NCBI GenBank assembly: GCA_964057225.1
Contig: OZ059900.1
Span: forward strand, 8,246,001 to 8,310,000
DNA length: 64,000 bases
Direction of reading: 5' to 3'
Source of the DNA: Auanema rhodensis
Taxonomy: Eukaryota; Animalia; Nematoda
Every line of letters begins with the position of its first letter. The first letter of the stretch is position 1. Below are positions 54,960 to 64,000 of the stretch, piece by piece. A program made the translations under genes and the position numbers. Under the pieces are notes generated by a model. It did no database searches. It had not been told where the DNA came from and saw only the letters and a list, made by a program, of their open reading frames with translations.

Positions 54960-57900
54960 ATATAGATTTGAAATTCAGGATTCATAAACTTTGACTATTT
55001 TTACATAAATATGTTCAATTTTAACCACTTTGGTCAAAAAGGACCGAAAATATCAAGAAGTATTGGTTTTTTGGGGTTTGAAGGGCATTTTGGCTAAATC
55101 AGTCAAACTTTTGATCTTAAGCATATTTTTTTCTTCTAAAACGACTAAATGTATGAAAAACTGTCATAGAATGTTCATATAGGTGTATTTTGCACGAATA
55201 TCAAAACTGATTGAAATATGGGCCTTTTTATGCTCAAAACGCCATATATTCAACGATTTTGGGTACAAAACATGTGAAAACTGTATGTTTTGATCAGACC
55301 CTTTGAGATATGGATTTGAAATTCAGGATTCATAAACTTTGACTATTTTTACATATATATGTCCAATTTTAACCACTTTGGTCAAAAAGGACCGAAAATA
55401 TCAAGAATTATTGGTTTTTTGGGGATTGAAGGGCATTTTGGCAAAATCAGTCAAACTTTTGATCTTAAGCATATTTTTTTTTTCTAAAACGACTAAATGT
55501 ATGAAATACTGTCATAGAATGTTCATATAGGTGTATTTTGCACGAATATCAAAACTGATTGAAATATGGGCCTTTTTATGCTCAAAACGCCATATATTCA
55601 ACGATTTTGGGTACAAAACATGTGAAAACTGTATGTTTTGATCAGACCCTTTGAGATATGGATTTGAAATTCAGGATTCATAAACTTTGACTATTTTTAC
55701 ATATATATGTCCAATTTTAACCACTTTGGTCAAAAAGGACCGAAAATATCAAGAATTATTGGTTTTTTGGGGTTTGAAGGGCATTTTGGCAAAATCAGTC
55801 AAACTTTTGATCTTAAGCATATTTTTTTCTTCTAAAACAACTAAATGTATGAAATACTGTCATAGAATGTTCATATAGGTGTATTTTGCACGAATATCAA
55901 AACTGATTGAAATATGGGCCTTTTTATGCTCAAAACGCCATATATTCAACGATTTTGGGTACAAAACATGTGAAAACTGTATGTTTTGATCAGACCCTTT
56001 GAGATATGGATTTGAAATTCAGGATTCATAAACTTTGACTATTTTTACATATATATGTCCAATTTTAACCACTTTGGTCAAAAAGGACCGAAAATATCAA
56101 GAATTATTGGTTTTTTGGGGTTTGAAGGACATTTTGGCTAAATCAGTCAAACTTTTGATCTTAAGCATATTTTTTTCTTCTAAAACGACTAAATGTATGA
56201 AATACTGTCATAGAATGTTCATATAGGTGTATTTTGCACGAATATCAAAACTGATTGAAATATGGGCCTTTTTATGCTCAAAACGCCATATATTCAACGA
56301 TTTTGGGTACAAAACATGTGAAAACTGTATGTTTTGATCAGACCCTTTGAGATATGGATTTGAAATTCAGGATTCATAAACTTTGACTATTTTTACATAA
56401 ATATGTTCAATTTTAACCACTTTGGTCAAAAAGGACCGAAAATATCAAGAATTATTGGTTTTTTGGGGATTGAAGGGCATTTTGGCAAAATCAGTCAAAC
56501 TTTTGATCTTAAGCATATTTTTTTCTTCTAAAACGACTAAATGTATGGAATACTGTCATAGAATGTTCATATAGGTGTATTTTGCACGAATATCAAAACT
56601 GATTGAAATATGGGCCTTTTTATGCTCAAAACGCCATATATTCAACGATTTTGGGTACAAAACATGTGAAAACTGTATGTTTTGATCAGACCCTTTGAGA
56701 TATGGATTTGAAATTCAGGATTCATAAACTTTGACTATTTTTACATATATATGTTCAATTTTAACCACTTTGGTCAAAAAGGACCGAAAATATCAAGAAT
56801 TATTGGTTTTTTGGGGATTGAAGGGCATTTTGGCAAAATCAGTCAAACTTTTGATCTTAAGCATATTTTTTTCTTCTAAAACGACTAAATGTATGGAGTA
56901 CTGTCATAGAATGTTCATATAGGTGTATTTTGCACGAATATCAAAACTGATTGAAATATGGGCCTTTTTATGCTCAAAACGCCATATATTCAACGATTTT
57001 GGGTACAAAACATGTGAAAACTGTATGTTTTGATCAGACCCTTTGAGATATGGATTTGAAATTCAGGATTCATAAACTTCGACTATTTTTACATATATAT
57101 GTCCAATTTTAACCACTTTGGTCAAAAAGGACCGAAAATATCAAGAATTATTGGTTTTTTGGGGTTTGAAGGGCATTTTGGCTAAATCAGTCAAACTTTT
57201 GATCTTAAGCATATTTTTTTTTTCTAAAACGACTAAATGTATGAAATACTGTCATAGAATGTTCATATAGGTGTATTTTGCACGAATATCAAAACTGATT
57301 GAAATATGGGCCTTTTTATGCTCAAAACGCCATATATTCAACGATTTTGGGTACAAAACATGTGAAAACTGTATGTTTTGATCAGACCCTTTGAGATATG
57401 GATTTGAAATTCAGGATTCATAAACTTTGACTATTTTTACATAAATATGTTCAATTTTAACCACTTTGGTCAAAAAGGACCGAAAATATCAAGAATTATT
57501 GGTTTTTTGGGGATTGAAGGGCATTTTGGCAAAATCAGTCAAACTTTTGATCTTAAGCATATTTTTTTCTTCTAAAACGACTAAATGTATGGAATACTGT
57601 CATAGAATGTTCATATAGGTGTATTTTGCACGAATATCAAAACTGATTGAAATATGGGCCTTTTTATGCTCAAAACGCCATATATTCAACGATTTTGGGT
57701 ACAAAACATGTGAAAACTGTATGTTTTGATCAGACCCTTTGAGATATGGATTTGAAATTCAGGATTCATAAACTTTGACTATTTTTACATATATATGTTC
57801 AATTTTAACCACTTTGGTCAAAAAGGACCGAAAATATCAAGAATTATTGGTTTTTTGGGGATTGAAGGGCATTTTGGCAAAATCAGTCAAACTTTTGATC

Positions 57901-60900
57901 TTAAGCATATTTTTTTCTTCTAAAACGACTAAATGTATGGAATACTGTCATAGAATGTTCATATAGGTGTATTTTGCACGAATATCAAAACTGATTGAAA
58001 TATGGGCCTTTTTATGCTCAAAACGCCATATATTCAACGATTTTGGGTACAAAACATGTGAAAACTGTATGTTTTGATCAGACCCTTTGAGATATGGATT
58101 TGAAATTCAGGATTCATAAACTTCGACTATTTTTACATATATATGTCCAATTTTAACCACTTTGGTCAAAAAGGACCGAAAATATCAAGAATTATTGGTT
58201 TTTTGGGGTTTGAAGGGCATTTTGGCTAAATCAGTCAAACTTTTGATCTTAAGCATATTTTTTTTTTCTAAAACGACTAAATGTATGAAATACTGTCATA
58301 GAATGTTCATATAGGTGTATTTTGCACGAATATCAAAACTGATTGAAATATGGGCCTTTTTATGCTCAAAACGCCATATATTCAACGATTTTGGGTACAA
58401 AACATGTGAAAACTGTATGTTTTGATCAGACCCTTTGAGATATGGATTTGAAATTCAGGATTCATAAACTTTGACTATTTTTACATATATATGTCCAATT
58501 TTAACCACTTTGGTCAAAAAGGACCGAAAATATCAAGAATTATTGGTTTTTTGGGGTTTGAAGGACATTTTGGCTAAATCAGTTAAACTTTTGATCTTAA
58601 GCATATTTTTTTCTTCTAAAACGACTAAATGTATGGAATACTGTCATAGAATGTTCATATAGGTGTATTTTGCACGAATATCAAAACTGATTGAAATATG
58701 GGCCTTTTTATGCTCAAAACGCCATATATTCAACGATTTTGGGTACAAAACATGTGAAAACTGTATGTTTTGATCAGACCCTTTGAGATATGGATTTGAA
58801 ATTCAGGATTCATAAACTTTGACTATTTTTACATATATATGTTCAATTTTAACCACTTTGGTCAAAAAGGACCGAAAATATCAAGAATTATTGGTTTTTT
58901 GGGGATTGAAGGGCATTTTGGCAAAATCAGTCAAACTTTTGATCTTAAGCATATTTTTTTCTTCTAAAACGACTAAATGTATGGAATACTGTCATAGAAT
59001 GTTGATAGAGGTGTATTTTGCACGAATATCGAAACTGATTGAAATATGGGCCTTTTTATGCTCAAAACGCCATATATTCAACGATTTTGGGTACAAAACA
59101 TGTGAAAACTGTATGTTTTGATCAGACCCTTTGAGATATGGATTTGAAATTCAGGATTCATAAACTTCGACTATTTTTACATATATATGTCCAATTTTAA
59201 CCACTTTGGTCAAAAAGGACCGAAAATATCAAGAATTATTGGTTTTTTGGGGTTTGAAGGGCATTTTGGCTAAATCAGTCAAACTTTTGATCTTAAGCAT
59301 ATTTTTTTTTTCTAAAACGACTAAATGTATGAAATACTGTCATAGAATGTTCATATAGGTGTATTTTGCACGAATATCAAAACTGATTGAAATATGGGCC
59401 TTTTTATGCTCAAAACGCCATATATTCAACGATTTTGGGTACAAAACATGTGAAAACTGTATGTTTTGATCAGACCCTTTGAGATATGGATTTGAAATTC
59501 AGGATTCATAAACTTTGACTATTTTTACATATTTATGTCCAATTTTAACCACTTTGGTCAAAAAGGACCGAAAATATCAAGAATTATTGGTTTTTTGGGG
59601 TTTGAAGGACATTTTGGCTAAATCAGTCAAACTTTTGATCTTAAGCATATTTTTTTCTTCTAAAACGACTAAATGTATGAAATACTGTCATAGAATGTTC
59701 ATATAGGTGTATTTTGCACGAATATCAAAACTGATTGAAATATGGGCCTTTTTATGCTCAAAACGCCATATATTCAACGATTTTGGGTACAAAACATGTG
59801 AAAACTGTATGTTTTGATCAGACCCTTTGAGATATAGATTTGAAATTCAGGATTCATAAACTTTGACTATTTTTACATAAATATGTTCAATTTTAACCAC
59901 TTTGGTCAAAAAGGACCGAAAATATCAAGAAGTATTGGTTTTTTGGGGTTTGAAGGGCATTTTGGCTAAATCAGTCAAACTTTTGATCTTAAGCATATTT
60001 TTTTCTTCTAAAACGACTAAATGTATGAAAAACTGTCATAGAATGTTCATATAGGTGTATTTTGCACGAATATCAAAACTGATTGAAATATGGGCCTTTT
60101 TATGCTCAAAACGCCATATATTCAACGATTTTGGGTACAAAACATGTGAAAACTGTATGTTTTGATCAGACCCTTTGAGATATGGATTTGAAATTCAGGA
60201 TTCATAAACTTTGACTATTTTTACATATATATGTCCAATTTTAACCACTTTGGTCAAAAAGGACCGAAAATATCAAGAATTATTGGTTTTTTGGGGATTG
60301 AAGGGCATTTTGGCAAAATCAGTCAAACTTTTGATCTTAAGCATATTTTTTTTTTCTAAAACGACTAAATGTATGAAATACTGTCATAGAATGTTCATAT
60401 AGGTGTATTTTGCACGAATATCAAAACTGATTGAAATATGGGCCTTTTTATGCTCAAAACGCCATATATTCAACGATTTTGGGTACAAAACATGTGAAAA
60501 CTGTATGTTTTGATCAGACCCTTTGAGATATGGATTTGAAATTCAGGATTCATAAACTTTGACTATTTTTACATATATATGTCCAATTTTAACCACTTTG
60601 GTCAAAAAGGACCGAAAATATCAAGAATTATTGGTTTTTTGGGGTTTGAAGGGCATTTTGGCAAAATCAGTCAAACTTTTGATCTTAAGCATATTTTTTT
60701 CTTCTAAAACAACTAAATGTATGAAATACTGTCATAGAATGTTCATATAGGTGTATTTTGCACGAATATCAAAACTGATTGAAATATGGGCCTTTTTATG
60801 CTCAAAACGCCATATATTCAACGATTTTGGGTACAAAACATGTGAAAACTGTATGTTTTGATCAGACCCTTTGAGATATGGATTTGAAATTCAGGATTCA

Positions 60901-63900
60901 TAAACTTTGACTATTTTTACATATATATGTCCAATTTTAACCACTTTGGTCAAAAAGGACCGAAAATATCAAGAATTATTGGTTTTTTGGGGTTTGAAGG
61001 ACATTTTGGCTAAATCAGTCAAACTTTTGATCTTAAGCATATTTTTTTCTTCTAAAACGACTAAATGTATGAAATACTGTCATAGAATGTTCATATAGGT
61101 GTATTTTGCACGAATATCAAAACTGATTGAAATATGGGCCTTTTTATGCTCAAAACGCCATATATTCAACGATTTTGGGTACAAAACATGTGAAAACTGT
61201 ATGTTTTGATCAGACCCTTTGAGATATGGATTTGAAATTCAGGATTCATAAACTTTGACTATTTTTACATAAATATGTTCAATTTTAACCACTTTGGTCA
61301 AAAAGGACCGAAAATATCAAGAATTATTGGTTTTTTGGGGATTGAAGGGCATTTTGGCAAAATCAGTCAAACTTTTGATCTTAAGCATATTTTTTTCTTC
61401 TAAAACGACTAAATGTATGGAATACTGTCATAGAATGTTCATATAGGTGTATTTTGCACGAATATCAAAACTGATTGAAATATGGGCCTTTTTATGCTCA
61501 AAACGCCATATATTCAACGATTTTGGGTACAAAACATGTGAAAACTGTATGTTTTGATCAGACCCTTTGAGATATGGATTTGAAATTCAGGATTCATAAA
61601 CTTTGACTATTTTTACATATATATGTTCAATTTTAACCACTTTGGTCAAAAAGGACCGAAAATATCAAGAATTATTGGTTTTTTGGGGATTGAAGGGCAT
61701 TTTGGCAAAATCAGTCAAACTTTTGATCTTAAGCATATTTTTTTCTTCTAAAACGACTAAATGTATGGAGTACTGTCATAGAATGTTCATATAGGTGTAT
61801 TTTGCACGAATATCAAAACTGATTGAAATATGGGCCTTTTTATGCTCAAAACGCCATATATTCAACGATTTTGGGTACAAAACATGTGAAAACTGTATGT
61901 TTTGATCAGACCCTTTGAGATATGGATTTGAAATTCAGGATTCATAAACTTCGACTATTTTTACATATATATGTCCAATTTTAACCACTTTGGTCAAAAA
62001 GGACCGAAAATATCAAGAATTATTGGTTTTTTGGGGTTTGAAGGGCATTTTGGCTAAATCAGTCAAACTTTTGATCTTAAGCATATTTTTTTTTTCTAAA
62101 ACGACTAAATGTATGAAATACTGTCATAGAATGTTCATATAGGTGTATTTTGCACGAATATCAAAACTGATTGAAATATGGGCCTTTTTATGCTCAAAAC
62201 GCCATATATTCAACGATTTTGGGTACAAAACATGTGAAAACTGTATGTTTTGATCAGACCCTTTGAGATATGGATTTGAAATTCAGGATTCATAAACTTT
62301 GACTATTTTTACATAAATATGTTCAATTTTAACCACTTTGGTCAAAAAGGACCGAAAATATCAAGAATTATTGGTTTTTTGGGGATTGAAGGGCATTTTG
62401 GCAAAATCAGTCAAACTTTTGATCTTAAGCATATTTTTTTCTTCTAAAACGACTAAATGTATGGAATACTGTCATAGAATGTTCATATAGGTGTATTTTG
62501 CACGAATATCAAAACTGATTGAAATATGGGCCTTTTTATGCTCAAAACGCCATATATTCAACGATTTTGGGTACAAAACATGTGAAAACTGTATGTTTTG
62601 ATCAGACCCTTTGAGATATGGATTTGAAATTCAGGATTCATAAACTTTGACTATTTTTACATATATATGTTCAATTTTAACCACTTTGGTCAAAAAGGAC
62701 CGAAAATATCAAGAATTATTGGTTTTTTGGGGATTGAAGGGCATTTTGGCAAAATCAGTCAAACTTTTGATCTTAAGCATATTTTTTTCTTCTAAAACGA
62801 CTAAATGTATGGAATACTGTCATAGAATGTTCATATAGGTGTATTTTGCACGAATATCAAAACTGATTGAAATATGGGCCTTTTTATGCTCAAAACGCCA
62901 TATATTCAACGATTTTGGGTACAAAACATGTGAAAACTGTATGTTTTGATCAGACCCTTTGAGATATGGATTTGAAATTCAGGATTCATAAACTTCGACT
63001 ATTTTTACATATATATGTCCAATTTTAACCACTTTGGTCAAAAAGGACCGAAAATATCAAGAATTATTGGTTTTTTGGGGTTTGAAGGGCATTTTGGCTA
63101 AATCAGTCAAACTTTTGATCTTAAGCATATTTTTTTTTTTCTAAAACGACTAAATGTATGAAATACTGTCATAGAATGTTCATATAGGTGTATTTTGCAC
63201 GAATATCAAAACTGATTGAAATATGGGCCTTTTTATGCTCAAAACGCCATATATTCAACGATTTTGGGTACAAAACATGTGAAAACTGTATGTTTTGATC
63301 AGACCCTTTGAGATATGGATTTGAAATTCAGGATTCATAAACTTTGACTATTTTTACATATATATGTCCAATTTTAACCACTTTGGTCAAAAAGGACCGA
63401 AAATATCAAGAATTATTGGTTTTTTGGGGTTTGAAGGACATTTTGGCTAAATCAGTTAAACTTTTGATCTTAAGCATATTTTTTTCTTCTAAAACGACTA
63501 AATGTATGGAATACTGTCATAGAATGTTCATATAGGTGTATTTTGCACGAATATCAAAACTGATTGAAATATGGGCCTTTTTATGCTCAAAACGCCATAT
63601 ATTCAACGATTTTGGGTACAAAACATGTGAAAACTGTATGTTTTGATCAGACCCTTTGAGATATGGATTTGAAATTCAGGATTCATAAACTTTGACTATT
63701 TTTACATATATATGTTCAATTTTAACCACTTTGGTCAAAAAGGACCGAAAATATCAAGAATTATTGGTTTTTTGGGGATTGAAGGGCATTTTGGCAAAAT
63801 CAGTCAAACTTTTGATCTTAAGCATATTTTTTTCTTCTAAAACGACTAAATGTATGGAATACTGTCATAGAATGTTGATAGAGGTGTATTTTGCACGAAT

Positions 63901-64000
63901 ATCGAAACTGATTGAAATATGGGCCTTTTTATGCTCAAAACGCCATATATTCAACGATTTTGGGTACAAAACATGTGAAAACTGTATGTTTTGATCAGAC
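54960..64000 (+). repeat. 14-monomer HOR (4872 bp), 1 full copy plus 1 copy truncated by the window end
   Basis: Private variants repeat at offset 4872: TATAGATT 54964/59836, GAAGTATT 55060/59932, TGAAAAACT 55159/60031 and GGAGTAC 56898/61770. AGTTAAAC monomers are at 58471/63344 (4873 after a +1 T). An internal trimer duplication spans 56374-58461. Confidence 0.94.

Larger units (their letters stand above)
1..64000. repeat. 348-bp AT-rich tandem satellite DNA array (183 full monomers plus 1 partial, head-to-tail); likely heterochromatic or (peri)centromeric
   Basis: TCATAAACTTTGACTA... recurs at 1, 349, 697 and so on. ORF-track starts follow 10+348n with only small offsets (10798; 11841 = -1; 17408 = -2; 26453 = -5; 35503 = -3; 63344 = -2). 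Monomer 1 has 108/348 G+C. No non-satellite sequence was seen. The centromeric role is inference only. Confidence 0.99.

Noticed and set aside
10-63994. Repeated 63-100 aa ORFs (MTIFTYIC...) as a tandem gene family or a combinatorial variant-peptide system
   Set aside because: They use TTG starts and have no recognisable domain. Common variants destroy the start (TTG>TCG/TTA), create an early stop (TAT>TAA) or remove the stop (TAG>GAG). Many common variants change amino acids with no evident synonymous bias. The frames recur only because the DNA repeats.
1-64000. CRISPR array or repeat-spacer or cassette system
   Set aside because: There are no unique spacers; the entire 348 bp is repeated, and no cas, recombinase or reverse transcriptase genes are present.

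Overview
The whole 64-kb window is one uninterrupted head-to-tail satellite DNA array. It holds 183 complete monomers plus one partial monomer of a 348-bp unit (about 31% GC by hand count of monomer 1), all in the same orientation, and it runs off both ends. I saw no genes, RNA genes, CRISPR spacers, transposon insertions or inversions. The ORF track is a by-product of the repeat: the same mostly TTG-started 63-100 aa frames recur every 348 bp. Monomers differ at about a dozen common biallelic sites plus private SNPs. These variants resolve a mosaic of local higher-order repeats (HORs) of 2, 3, 4, 5, 7, 14, 15, 16 and 17 monomers, with nested duplications, chimeric monomers at deletion junctions, and a left-to-right turnover of variants. 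Within the monomer there are A/T tracts phased at about 10.5 bp, three short dyads, a near-invariant block of about 135 bp, and traces of an ancient dimer of roughly 170-180 bp subunits. The architecture fits a eukaryotic (peri)centromeric or other heterochromatic satellite, but neither the organism nor centromere function can be established from sequence alone. I found no new gene-based system; any novelty lies in the satellite family and its HOR dynamics. Monomer numbers (M1 starts at base 1) and monomer positions (p1-p348) use an arbitrary phase starting at TCATAAACTT.
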